Positions 41,701 to 50,724 of a DNA stretch of 64,000 nucleotides are shown piece by piece (the stretch's first letter is position 1; each line of letters starts with the position of its first letter). The notes beneath the pieces are model-generated. The model made no database searches and was not told where the DNA came from. It saw only the letters and a program-made list of their open reading frames with translations. A program made the position numbers and the translations under genes. This stretch comes from Fibrobacteria bacterium. Lineage in GTDB: Bacteria; Fibrobacterota; Chitinivibrionia; Chitinivibrionales; FEN-1185. The DNA is taken from the NCBI GenBank assembly GCA_037447435.1, contig JBBIGR010000006.1, positions 64,001-128,000 on the forward strand, given 5' to 3'.

Positions 41701-42249
41701 ATAGCGGATAATCGCATCCCATGCCGCAGCATCGCTTGTTTTGCCCGTGAGCGATTGCAAAGTTTGAGACATCATTTTATCGACAGTCGCCTGGTCGGTA
41801 TGCGAAGTTTCCCACAAATGTCCATTGCCGACGCCAGCCCAATTCGTGCTCTTTGAGTCATGCGTCCAAACGACGCGGCCGGGCATTGTTCCTTTTGCTG
41901 TTCCTACCGGTGCATTTGGCGTAGCAAGCGTTGCGGCCAAAGCAGGTTTGGACGGAGTGGTGAAAAAAATAGCGCCGAGAACAGCACCCATTAACAGACA
42001 CCCTGTTGCAACAAGATAACGGGTTTGTTGAAAAGCCTTACGGGCTTTTTTGAAAAAAACCAAAGAGGAAAGGCTTCCGATCGTCCAAAGAATAAAGGTT
42101 GTGGCAATCGGTGCTGCTGCCCGAACGCAAGGATAATTGATCCTGCTTGGTTTTGCGATAATACGCACTAAAATCCACACAAGAGAACCAAAACCTAACG
42201 TTGAAAAAAGAACAGACATCACAAAGTTATGCTTTTTGCGCATAAACAA
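38761..42249 (-). CDS. DUF362 + F5/8 (CBM32) + Calx-beta + CBM6 + F5/8 + T9SS-like tail
   Basis: PGRVVW, GEKIAIKAN, FKSHSMAGFTGVAKNHFG, SQDPIALESV; NAVDGNGTTRWSS; SVNENAGTATITV..DDAAVESNET; PGRIQAEDY..GEWLAY. Confidence 0.85.
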   Translation of the reverse strand: MFMRKKHNFVMSVLFSTLGFGSLVWILVRIIAKPSRINYPCVRAAAPIATTFILWTIGSLSSLVFFKKARKAFQQTRYLVATGCLLMGAVLGAIFFTTPSKPALAATLATPNAPVGTAKGTMPGRVVWTHDSKSTNWAGVGNGHLWETSHTDQATVDKMMSQTLQSLTGKTSDAAAWDAIIRYYNSTHGRGNVGYTAGEKIAIKANMVGCIYSEGNVSTSTYSLVNKIDYMNTSPMMMMALFRQLVNVVGVAQSDIAIGDPICLFPNEYYNYVHAEFPNIKYMDYQGTNGRTKVTKSSVPMYFSSRPTGITQDYIPQHYVDATYLINFSNFKSHSMAGFTGVAKNHFGSLYRLPGQSGYYDLHTSLPVNQSGSGKYRVLVDLLGHAQLGGKTMLCLVDGLYSGAHPDDVSPRKWTTFPFYNDWTSSLFGSQDPIALESVMFDLMQLDGDSRKYPQMAGVEDYLIEGAKADNPPSGTFYDPNHSSNTTRLASLGVCEHWNNAAARQYSRNLNPATGTGIELVFIDNDGVTDLARGKAVTSSSNENTTNIPANAVDGNGTTRWSSAYADPQWIKIDLGAINTINRVVLYWEAASAKNYTIDVSGDGSAWTTVSTKTNMAAGARTDDISDLATSARYIRMSGTVRTTTYGYSLYSFEVYGKSTPVPGTLAFSNTSYSVNENAGTATITVNRTGGSTGSVTVNYATSNGTATAGSDYAAVSGTLTFAAGVTSQSFTVPITDDAAVESNETVNLTLSAVSGGAILGSPATATLTIVDNDGIKGVVLPGRIQAEDYNAGGEGVGYHDLTTGNSGNVYKTDNVDIEATQDAGGGYDVGWTSAGEWLAYDVNVTAAGTYDLTARMACGGTGTKTMTVTVDGATIGTFTSTDASGYQVWKDLPVKGVTLTAGYHLLKMNMTTGGFNLNYLDVAAAVPAPVEIGQGKTALASSEETNNGTLLKASNVNDGNSTTRWASLFSDPQWIRIDLGATYTISRVTLTWEAASAKNYTIDVSTDGSTWSAISTKTNMATGARTDDITNLSGSARYIRMNGTARTTAYGYSLFEFKVYGVLASMGASAPLPTDVVQTRHMREYKLDVTSVNSHEIQFILPASGSYELAMYSVKGALVKNIVATGSIGPNAVLTSLPAGMYMLRLNTQSGRIQKMVRIIQ
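39063..40662 (-). repeat. Intragenic duplication of the F5/8 (CBM32) module (about 39063-39447 and 40278-40662)
   Basis: Both copies share WEAASAKNYTIDVS.DGS.W...STKTNMA.GARTDDI..L...ARYIRM.GT.RTT.YGYSL. Confidence 0.85.
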
Positions 42250-42527
42250 GACGCTCCTTTAAATTTGGTAGGGAATCTGCAGGCTTTTGGCGAATGCCAT
42301 CTAATATAACGGAATTTTGCCCCGTCTCAACATAAAAAAAAGTTACAAGAAAAGTCAAGAAAATAATAAAATCGCAATAATTTAATTTTTTTTATAAAAA
42401 AGGCAGGAAAAACCAATTTGACAATTCAATACTTTTTAGTCTTCCATTTTTCACGGAATCGTGGTATAATATAATATAGAAAAGCTCTTTTCAATGTGGA
42501 GGTCAACATTTAAAAAAAGGAAACATT

Positions 42528-42956
42528 ATGTGTACAAAAATGCATTTAATCGTTTCTTTGAGCATTTCGCTGTTCCTTTTCCTGGTAACGTCAGGATACG
42601 GCGACGAGAATACTGCCAATGCTCTTTTCTCCGGTTTGAACAACAGTTTCGGGTCTTCACAAGGCTCATACCAGGAACAATTTCAAAAAATAACCGGATT
42701 TATCCAGAACAATTATGTTCCTCTGTGCATAGTTGCCGCAATGATACTGGTTTTAACCATAGCTTTTAAAAAGAAAAGCACTTCTTCATTCAAGAAATAC
42801 TCGCTTTCGGAGGAGCCAGAGCCTATTCTGCCGGAAAATCCGAAAAACGCCAAAACAGATGATGTTCAAGCGCAAAGCCCGCACACTGCTTTAACCTTTG
42901 AAGAAACGGATATCATCAATGAATATTTAAAACAGAGCGAAAAAGTGAAAAAGTAA
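42528..42956 (+). CDS. Small hypothetical membrane protein
   Basis: Signal-like N-terminus, one further TM helix and a charged tail; AAGGA RBS. Confidence 0.6.
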   Translation: MCTKMHLIVSLSISLFLFLVTSGYGDENTANALFSGLNNSFGSSQGSYQEQFQKITGFIQNNYVPLCIVAAMILVLTIAFKKKSTSSFKKYSLSEEPEPILPENPKNAKTDDVQAQSPHTALTFEETDIINEYLKQSEKVKK

Positions 42957-43058
42957 CCCCTTCTTTGGAAAACTCCGCATTAGGATATTACATCCCTCTT
43001 TTCCACATTATATTTTTGTCTGCTCGGACTTTTAACAACAATTTTTAGAAAGCGCACT

Positions 43059-44291
43059 ATGATCACCGTAAATGAAAATTTTTTAAAACTGAAATCTTCG
43101 TATTTGTTTTCCGATATAGCAAAACGCGTCAACACGTTTAAAAGCGCACATCCAGACCGGGAAATTATCCGGTTCGGCATCGGTGACGTGACGCAACCGC
43201 TTCCCAAGGTTTGCCTTGAGGCGTTCCACAAAGCCACCGACGAAATGGCCGCCGCATCCTCGTTTCACGGCTACGGCGACGAACAGGGGTATGCATTTTT
43301 GCGTGAAAAAATCGCATTGTGGGATTTTCAAAAACGCGGCGCGAAAATAAGCGCAGACGAGATTTTCGTGTCGGACGGAGCAAAATGCGACACGGGCAAC
43401 ATACAGGAATTGTTCGCACGGGACTTAAAGCTCGCCATTCCGGATCCCGTGTATCCCGTTTATGTCGATTCGAACGTCATGGCAGGCAGAACCGGCGTAA
43501 ACGACCGGGGACGCTACGAAGGCATTTGCTATATGGATTCGACAAAAGAGAATAATTTCGTGCCGCAGATCCCCAGGGAAAAAGTCGACCTGATTTACTT
43601 GTGTTTTCCCAACAATCCGACCGGCGGCACGATAACGAAGGCGCAATTGACAAAATGGGTTGAGTACGCACGTGACAGTAAGGCGTTGATTTTGTTCGAT
43701 GCCGCATACGTGGCGTTCATCCGCGACCCGGCGTTGCCCCAAAGCATTTATGAAATAGAAGGCGCCGAAGAAGTCGCCATCGAATTCCGCAGTTTTTCGA
43801 AAACCGCCGGTTTCACCGGCACCCGATGCGCCTACACCGTTGTGCCCAAAGCATGCAAGGCCTACGATGCCGCCGGCAATACGCATTCCCTGCATGCACT
43901 ATGGAACCGGCGCCACACCACAAAATTCAACGGCGTCTGCTATATGGTCCAGCGAGCGGCGGAGGCGGTGTATTCCGACGAAGGGCAACAACAAGTGACC
44001 TCGCTCAACGATTATTATTTGGCAAATGCAAAAAAAATCAAGGAGACAATGATTTCGCTCGGCTATTCCTGTTTCGGCGGCGTCAATGCCCCTTATATTT
44101 GGATCGATACCGGCATGGATTCGTGGGTGTTTTTCGATTGGTTGCTCGATAAAGCGGGCGTCGTATGCACGCCCGGCGCGGGTTTCGGCAAATGCGGCGA
44201 AGGCTTTGTGCGGATAAGCGCGTTCAACAGCAAGGAAAACGTTGCCACGGGATTGGACCGCATCGCAAAGGCCGTACAGGGAACAAAATAG
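43059..44291 (+). CDS. dapL: LL-diaminopimelate aminotransferase
   Basis: [53 protein letters not shown]. Confidence 0.95.
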   Translation: MITVNENFLKLKSSYLFSDIAKRVNTFKSAHPDREIIRFGIGDVTQPLPKVCLEAFHKATDEMAAASSFHGYGDEQGYAFLREKIALWDFQKRGAKISADEIFVSDGAKCDTGNIQELFARDLKLAIPDPVYPVYVDSNVMAGRTGVNDRGRYEGICYMDSTKENNFVPQIPREKVDLIYLCFPNNPTGGTITKAQLTKWVEYARDSKALILFDAAYVAFIRDPALPQSIYEIEGAEEVAIEFRSFSKTAGFTGTRCAYTVVPKACKAYDAAGNTHSLHALWNRRHTTKFNGVCYMVQRAAEAVYSDEGQQQVTSLNDYYLANAKKIKETMISLGYSCFGGVNAPYIWIDTGMDSWVFFDWLLDKAGVVCTPGAGFGKCGEGFVRISAFNSKENVATGLDRIAKAVQGTK

Positions 44292-44299
44292 CCGCCTCT

Positions 44300-44638
44300 T
44301 TACAAGTCGTCTTCCGATTCGGCAAGGATGAGGACCTTATCCAGGTTCGTTAACTCGAACAGCCGATGCACATACCCCCGGGAATCGGGATTGGCATTGA
44401 GAATGACCAATTCCCGGTTTTCCTTTTGCATAAGCGTATTATAATAGACTATGATGCCCAAGCCGTGACTGTCGACGAAATTGGTACGGCTTAAATCGAG
44501 TACGATTTTTTTTAATCCCTTTTTATATAGTCCATCGAGCTTTTTCGAAAAACGTTCGACATCGACATCGATGGCGCGACCGATAAGTTCGAGCGTTGCA
44601 TGGCCTTTGATTTTTTTTGATTTTATTTCAAGCGACAT
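44300..44638 (-). CDS. STAS-domain anti-sigma-factor antagonist
   Basis: IVLDLSRTNFVDSHGLG, LFELTNLDKVL; ATG at 44638 with an AGGA RBS. Confidence 0.85.
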   Translation of the reverse strand: MSLEIKSKKIKGHATLELIGRAIDVDVERFSKKLDGLYKKGLKKIVLDLSRTNFVDSHGLGIIVYYNTLMQKENRELVILNANPDSRGYVHRLFELTNLDKVLILAESEDDL

Positions 44639-44719
44639 AGGCATCCTGTTGTAATGATTGTTTTGCACATCGGCATCGTCACCGTTAGGGACAATGGGAA
44701 AATAGTTTTATACACGAAA

Positions 44720-45964
44720 TCACCGCCACTGGCTCAAATGCCGTTCTTTTTCGAAAACGTATTTAATAATTTGTTCCCTTTTCCGCTGTTCGATATTGAC
44801 AAATTGTACATGATGCTTTATAAGCGTTTGGCCTTTTGCTTCTTTGAGGGTAAGATGGACGATTTTCCCGGTTATTCCCGCAAACGACGTCCCGGGAATG
44901 TCGAAATTGATCGAGATAAGATCGTTGAGGCGAAGCGAAGCTTCATTGACAAAACTCAATCCGCCGCCGCTGATGTCGGACATGCGGGTCGTGATTACCT
45001 GGCCGCGCTTGATTTCGCTTGATTCGGGATCTTTGGTCGAAAGCAGCCGAAACCGAAGCGGCAAACTCGCCTCGATGCGGACATATTGACGCAATTGATT
45101 CCGCTTGATTTCCATGGTATGCAAAAGGTCGATATTGCCGACGTCTTTGACATTTGCAACCTTTACCTGGACACCGTACAACCCGTCGCTTTGCCGGGCA
45201 AAAATAAACCGGACGACCGAACCTTTTTCGATTCGATAGACGTCTTCCTTGTCGACATCGTACTGGATAGTGAAGAAAAAGCCGTTATTGTCGACCACGG
45301 ATACTTTATTGAAAATCGGTTTGCTCCCGTCTCTGCCGAAAAGAGAACCGCTTTGGCCGATGGCTATATTCCGTGTCGATACCAGCGGATGTTCGAGCGG
45401 CAAATGGGAAAAGCCGAGCTTCCTTCGCAGGTCGCTGAGGAGATGTTCTTCTTTTCCATCGGGCGAGATGCCGGGGTTGCTGCGCGCCAGTTCGTTGACG
45501 TATGATTCAACACATTTTTCAAACAGCTGCAAAGACTGGAAAATCGTATGGGGTGCCATTACTTTTTCATGACCGATGAGGACGTTGAGCAGATCGCGCT
45601 CTTCATCTGTCAATCCATTCCGGGCCGAATTTTCAAAAAACAAGTCGACGGAATTGATTTTATCCTCGTTTGACTGGCGAAGCGAGCGGACAAAATAGGC
45701 AAGCATTCCGATCACAATTGCGACGATCATTCCGGACCCGAAAATCAAAACGATAAAAATCCAACCATGGGTCCAATCGGATCGCGTTAGATCTTTTCCC
45801 GAAAAAGCATGATTGAGACCGGATACAAATTGCTTTTCCTGGTCCTGAGCGGCAACAGAGCCCGAACTGTCGACAACCCTGAAAATCGCGGATTTATCAC
45901 TCGTCGCAACAGTCATAAGCAAAAGCACGGCAACAATCGCGATACGCGAAAAGGCATGTCGCAT
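44720..45964 (-). CDS. Membrane-anchored PilZ protein (YcgR/flagellar-brake-like)
   Basis: Two hydrophobic segments; QLRQYVR (RxxxR) and DISGGG (DxSxxG) c-di-GMP motifs. Confidence 0.85.
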   Translation of the reverse strand: MRHAFSRIAIVAVLLLMTVATSDKSAIFRVVDSSGSVAAQDQEKQFVSGLNHAFSGKDLTRSDWTHGWIFIVLIFGSGMIVAIVIGMLAYFVRSLRQSNEDKINSVDLFFENSARNGLTDEERDLLNVLIGHEKVMAPHTIFQSLQLFEKCVESYVNELARSNPGISPDGKEEHLLSDLRRKLGFSHLPLEHPLVSTRNIAIGQSGSLFGRDGSKPIFNKVSVVDNNGFFFTIQYDVDKEDVYRIEKGSVVRFIFARQSDGLYGVQVKVANVKDVGNIDLLHTMEIKRNQLRQYVRIEASLPLRFRLLSTKDPESSEIKRGQVITTRMSDISGGGLSFVNEASLRLNDLISINFDIPGTSFAGITGKIVHLTLKEAKGQTLIKHHVQFVNIEQRKREQIIKYVFEKERHLSQWR

Positions 45965-46016
45965 AACCAGAAAGACCCCTTTGTGATAATGATTATTCTT
46001 TATATAATACTATATT

Positions 46017-46044
46017 TTATCGTCAGATGTCGACAGATAGTTTA
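46017..46044 (-). promoter_or_regulatory. Putative sigma28 promoter of the PilZ gene
   Basis: Minus strand TAAAC-N15-GACGATAA. Confidence 0.45.
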
Positions 46045-46072
46045 CCGAGTTTTTTTTCACCCGATTTCGTGC

Positions 46073-46100
46073 GCAAGTTTTTTCGTAGAACTACCGATAT
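46073..46100 (+). promoter_or_regulatory. Putative sigma28 promoter of motAB
   Basis: GCAAG-N15-ACCGATAT, with AAGTTT in the -35 region. Confidence 0.55.
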
Positions 46101-46250
46101 AATAAATAGTTAGTGCATACTCGCGCAACAGATGATATCATGAATAATAATTTCGGATTTTACCCGAAGATTTGCAATTCTTATATACAACCGAAAACCT
46201 TACTCGGCACTATTGCGCTGAAATTCTTTGCGATTTAAGGAGGTTCGTTC

Positions 46251-47024
46251 ATGGATCCGTCAACCATTCTTGGGCTCATTTTGGGTGTCAGTTTGTTACT
46301 GACAGGGTACATCATAGAACACGGTCAATTGGTGGCGCTCGTTGCCATAAGCCCCATGTTCATTGTATTCGGCGGAACGCTCGGTGCGTGTACCGTACAA
46401 TTCACGTTAAAGGAAATATTCGGTATCCCCCGTTACATTGCCGAATCGATGCAATTGCCCAAAGGAAATGACGCGGCGCTCAAGAAGCTCATAGAAACAC
46501 TGGTCAATTTGGCGGAAAAGGCGCGGCGTGAAGGCGTTTTGAGTCTGGAATCGGACATCCAAGGCGAGCTGTCGGACAAGAAATACGATCCCAGCCTTCG
46601 CAAGGGACTACGGCTGATGGTTGACGGAAGTGAACCGGAACTGATCAAGCATATGCTCGAAAACGAAATATCGATTTACGAAGCAAAGAAAAAACGCGAA
46701 GCAGGAATTTTCGAAGCGGCAGGCGGATTTTCGCCGACCATGGGTATCATCGGAACGGTTATGGGACTCATCCAGGTGCTCGGGAACCTTGCCGATGTGA
46801 CAAAGCTCGCTCCGGCCGTGGCCGCAGCATTTATCGCGACGTTGTACGGCATATCATCTGCAAACCTTGTCTTTTTGCCCATCGGCATGAAACTTAAGGG
46901 AAAGCTGCAACAGGAAGTGCTGCAGAAGGAATTGACTATCGAAGGCGTTATGTCGATACAGGCGGGTGAAAACCCGAGGATACTGAAGGAAAAACTCGAC
47001 GTGTTCCTGTCGTCCAATAAATGA
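46251..47024 (+). CDS. motA: Flagellar stator MotA
   Basis: IVFGGT, ARREGVLSLE, GLRLMVDG, PTMGIIGTVMGLI, AFIATLYG, GENPR. Confidence 0.93.
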   Translation: MDPSTILGLILGVSLLLTGYIIEHGQLVALVAISPMFIVFGGTLGACTVQFTLKEIFGIPRYIAESMQLPKGNDAALKKLIETLVNLAEKARREGVLSLESDIQGELSDKKYDPSLRKGLRLMVDGSEPELIKHMLENEISIYEAKKKREAGIFEAAGGFSPTMGIIGTVMGLIQVLGNLADVTKLAPAVAAAFIATLYGISSANLVFLPIGMKLKGKLQQEVLQKELTIEGVMSIQAGENPRILKEKLDVFLSSNK

Positions 47025-47091
47025 TACGGGAAAAGGATATCGCGGTCGTTCACACGGGATAAAAAAAACCGATTCAAAGTAAAGGTTTTTC

Positions 47092-47847
47092 ATGGCGAGA
47101 AAAAAAGAGCATGAGAAGGAGCCGAATGCCGAGCGATGGCTTTTAAGCTATGCCGATTTCATTACGCTGTTGCTGGTATTCTTCATCATCATGTATTCCA
47201 TGAGCAGCATTGACAAAGCGAAATTCGACCAGCTTGTCCAGGTTTTGAATCAGACATTCGGAGGTAATAAATCCGTTATCTCGATGAATAACAGCGGCAT
47301 CATGCAGATGAACTTTTATCCGAGCCATTTAAAAAACCGGCAGGAAAAAAACCTGTACGTAAAAACGGTTTCCGCATTGCAAAAGGAAATACAATCGAAG
47401 GATGTCCGGGTGACCGCCGACGAACGCGGCGTGGTGATCAGCCTGAATTCGGATTTTTATTTCGCACCCGGTTCCGCAGATCTTTCGGACAGCGCGGAAA
47501 ACGTACTTGCAAAAGTCGCGGGAATTCTGCAAACGCAAACGAACGTCATCCGGGTCGAAGGACATACCGACAGTATTCCGATTTCACCCAGCAGTGCGCT
47601 TGCCCAGCGGTTTCCATCGAATTGGGAATTATCGTCGCAGCGCGCTATAAACACGGTTAAAATGCTGGAAAAGCAAGGGCTGCACAAAGGCAGGGCATGC
47701 GCCACCGCCTATGCCGATACGAAGCCGCTCAAATCGAACGACACCGTCGAAGGCCGTGCGGCGAACCGGCGGGTGGAAATCGTGATTATCAATCTGCCCG
47801 AAATCGAAAGATTATCGGACGTTGCAAAACCCCACGAAGAATTGTAA
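47092..47847 (+). CDS. motB: Flagellar stator MotB
   Basis: RWLLSYADFITLL, EGHTD, NWELSSQRA, NRRVEI (OmpA-like domain). Confidence 0.93.
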   Translation: MARKKEHEKEPNAERWLLSYADFITLLLVFFIIMYSMSSIDKAKFDQLVQVLNQTFGGNKSVISMNNSGIMQMNFYPSHLKNRQEKNLYVKTVSALQKEIQSKDVRVTADERGVVISLNSDFYFAPGSADLSDSAENVLAKVAGILQTQTNVIRVEGHTDSIPISPSSALAQRFPSNWELSSQRAINTVKMLEKQGLHKGRACATAYADTKPLKSNDTVEGRAANRRVEIVIINLPEIERLSDVAKPHEEL

Positions 47848-47979
47848 TAACAAAAACGTGCCGGCGCGATACATTTTTGTTATTTCCCATCAGTAAAGTC
47901 ACAAGATTGTGTTGCACCCCGGCGCATTAAATTATATTTAAAAACTGAAAAAGCTTCACGCTTCCAACAACGGGCGATC

Positions 47980-48201
47980 ATGGATGACAAGAGAGAAAAA
48001 GCAAAAGAGTTGGTCCGTATGGCGAACCTTTCGAGCATCGGTATCGCCCTCATCCTGTGCACGCTCATCGGTTACGGTATGGGATATTTTATTGACAAAC
48101 ATTTCCATACGAAACCGTTTTGCACCATTATTTTTTTAATCCTGGGAATATGTGCTGGTTTTTTAAATGCCTATAGAACAATTACCAAAGATAGCGATTA
48201 G
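47980..48201 (+). CDS. AtpZ/AtpI-family ATP synthase accessory protein
   Basis: GYGMGYFIDKHFHTKP..GICAGF; first gene of the atp operon. Confidence 0.85.
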   Translation: MDDKREKAKELVRMANLSSIGIALILCTLIGYGMGYFIDKHFHTKPFCTIIFLILGICAGFLNAYRTITKDSD

Positions 48202-48463
48202 TATTTGTGCCGGATTGGCAATCGGCGCCGCGGATTTTGCCGGGCTTGTCGCAACGGTCAAATACTTTACCGCAAAAAACGCAGGGAAAAACATTTTCCT
48301 TGCAATCACGGTTTCCGAAATGGTACGATTATTTTTCGTACTTGGTTTGCTTTTGCTATTGATGATGTTTTCCGGGTTATCGTTCGGCTGGCTGGTTGCC
48401 GGTCCTTTGGTCTTGTCGGTTGTTAAGTACATTTACGCGTTTAGGAAAATGAAACAACTATGA
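48167..48463 (+). CDS. AtpI-like membrane accessory protein
   Basis: Hydrophobic 98-aa ORF between atpZ and atpB; overlaps the atpB start by 4 bp. Confidence 0.6.
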   Translation: MPIEQLPKIAISICAGLAIGAADFAGLVATVKYFTAKNAGKNIFLAITVSEMVRLFFVLGLLLLLMMFSGLSFGWLVAGPLVLSVVKYIYAFRKMKQL

Positions 48464-49155
48464 ACAGCGAACACGAAGTAGTAAATTCGATTCTGCTGGC
48501 CCTGCCTCTTCCGGGTTTAACCCATGGCGAAGCGCTTATCGTTGAATTCACCTGGCTTGTCATGGCCGTAATCATTATCGCAATCACGACGGTTGCGATG
48601 CGGCTTAAAACCGTTCCGGGCGGGTTTCAAAATTTCATCGAACTCCTCACTAATTTCGTCGAGGACTCCCTGCGGGACTTTGTCGGGCCGCTCGGATACA
48701 AATATTTCCCTCTTGTCATGACCGTGTTTTTATTCATCGGCGTATCCAATTATTTCAGCCTGCTTCCCGGCTGTTTGGCGCCTACCTCGGCAATAAACAC
48801 GACCGCGGCGTGGGCGATCGTGGTTTTCCTATTCTATAATTATGTGGGAGTAACCAAGCAAGGGTTCAAATATTTCAAAAAATTCCTTGGACCGATGCCG
48901 GCAATTGCGCCTCTCATGCTTGTCATCGAAATAATTTCCGAATTTGCACGGCCGTTTTCGCTGGCAGTGCGCTTGTTCGCAAACATATTGTGCGGTGAAA
49001 AAATAATCGGATTACTCTACGGCGCTTGCGGAATACTTGTCCCGGTCGTGTGGATGTCGTGGGAAAGCCTCATCACCGCGCCGATTCAGGCCTATGTGTT
49101 TTCACTGCTGACGATGCTGTACCTCGCCGGCGCAGTGGTTGCAGAGGAACATTGA
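48460..49155 (+). CDS. atpB: Fo subunit a
   Basis: PGGFQNFIE, APTSAINT, ARPFSLAVRLFANI, IQAYVFSLL. Confidence 0.95.
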   Translation: MNSEHEVVNSILLALPLPGLTHGEALIVEFTWLVMAVIIIAITTVAMRLKTVPGGFQNFIELLTNFVEDSLRDFVGPLGYKYFPLVMTVFLFIGVSNYFSLLPGCLAPTSAINTTAAWAIVVFLFYNYVGVTKQGFKYFKKFLGPMPAIAPLMLVIEIISEFARPFSLAVRLFANILCGEKIIGLLYGACGILVPVVWMSWESLITAPIQAYVFSLLTMLYLAGAVVAEEH

Positions 49156-49298
49156 GAAAAAGTTACGTAAGGCCTCACCCTTTTTCCGAGATTTTAGAAG
49201 GGCATCCCGAAAGTAACGTTGAGGGAAACAGAGTTTTAGATACGAGAAAATCATAGTACTTTTAACATAGTAGAATCAAATAACCAGAGGAGGAATAG

Positions 49299-49556
<258 letters not shown>

Positions 49557-49639
49557 TAAAGGCGTAAGCATTCGGTAGTATTATAACGCCGAACGTTTCA
49601 CTGTACCTACGCATAGTTCCGAACACGAGAGGATAGCAT

Positions 49640-50137
49640 ATGGATTTTAGTTGGAAAATGATGATTTATCAGTCCATTAACTTTATCGTTTTAATGGTGC
49701 TGCTGACATTCCTATTCAATAAATTCATCAGACCGTTCATGAAAAAACGGGCCGATGACATCAAAAACGCCTTTGTCGAAATCGACAAACAAAAGCTTGA
49801 AGTCGAGGAATTGAAAAAAGAATGCAACAATCAACTCGACCAAATCAAGCACGGCGCAAAAGCCGAAATCGAAAAAGCCATGATAGAGGGCAGTCATATT
49901 AAAGAATCGATAAAGGCCGAAGCAACCAAGGAATCCGAACAGCTTTTGGAAAAGGCTAAACGGGAAATCGACCAGGAAAAGCAAAAAGCGCTTTCGGAAG
50001 TACGCAGGGAAGTTGCAACGCTTTCCATGCTTGCCACCAAGCGATTGCTTAAAAAGGAAATCGATGAGTCGACGGATCGTAAACTTGTCGACGATTTTAT
50101 GGATGAACTGGGAAAAACAGACATTAAAAAGAACTGA
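49640..50137 (+). CDS. atpF: Fo subunit b
   Basis: INFIVL TM helix followed by a coiled coil; operon position. Confidence 0.92.
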   Translation: MDFSWKMMIYQSINFIVLMVLLTFLFNKFIRPFMKKRADDIKNAFVEIDKQKLEVEELKKECNNQLDQIKHGAKAEIEKAMIEGSHIKESIKAEATKESEQLLEKAKREIDQEKQKALSEVRREVATLSMLATKRLLKKEIDESTDRKLVDDFMDELGKTDIKKN

Positions 50138-50142
50138 TACCT

Positions 50143-50682
50143 ATGCTTAATACATCACTTGCTCTACGATATTCCCGCGCGCTTTTCAAGATATCCCTAA
50201 AGGCCGGCAATCCTAAAAAGGTCGCTTTGGAGCTTATGGAAATTTCTCGTCTTGTCGATTCGGTGGGAGCACTGAAACGGGTACTTTATCATCCGTCTAT
50301 AACCCCTACCGAAAAGAAACGCATACTTTCCGAATTATTCAAAGCGCAATGCGAAGCGCTGACCCTGCGTTTCCTCGACTATCTTGTCGATAAAAAACGG
50401 ATTTTCCACCTTACGGCCATTTCGCAGTGTTTTTCGGCATTGCTCGACACGGAAGAAAACATTTCGAACGTAAAGGTCGAAAGTTTTGCACCGCTTTCGA
50501 GCGAAACGCTCGGAAAAATCAAGGAACGGCTTTCCAAAAGCCTCGGCAAGGAAATCGTATTGACAACAGATATCGTCCCGGAACTTTTGGGCGGCATGCG
50601 GATCGTCCTGGGCGACCGGGTGATCGACGGCAGTATCGCATTCAATTTGAAAAAAATGACAGAGACCATAACGGCATTTTAG
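50143..50682 (+). CDS. atpH: F1 subunit delta
   Basis: ALRYSRALF, HPSI..EK, LLGGM..GDRVIDGS. Confidence 0.93.
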   Translation: MLNTSLALRYSRALFKISLKAGNPKKVALELMEISRLVDSVGALKRVLYHPSITPTEKKRILSELFKAQCEALTLRFLDYLVDKKRIFHLTAISQCFSALLDTEENISNVKVESFAPLSSETLGKIKERLSKSLGKEIVLTTDIVPELLGGMRIVLGDRVIDGSIAFNLKKMTETITAF

Positions 50683-50724
50683 CAACAAGCAATTAGTCGA
50701 ATACAAATAACAAGAGAGTTGACC

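Noticed and set aside
46204..46220. CGGCACTATTGCGC as a sigma54 promoter for motA
   Set aside because: The GG-to-GC spacing is not the required 10 nt.
49172..49226. CCTCACCCTTTTTCC..GAAGGG between atpB and atpE as a fourth REP-like copy
   Set aside because: The stem is too degenerate to support the call.
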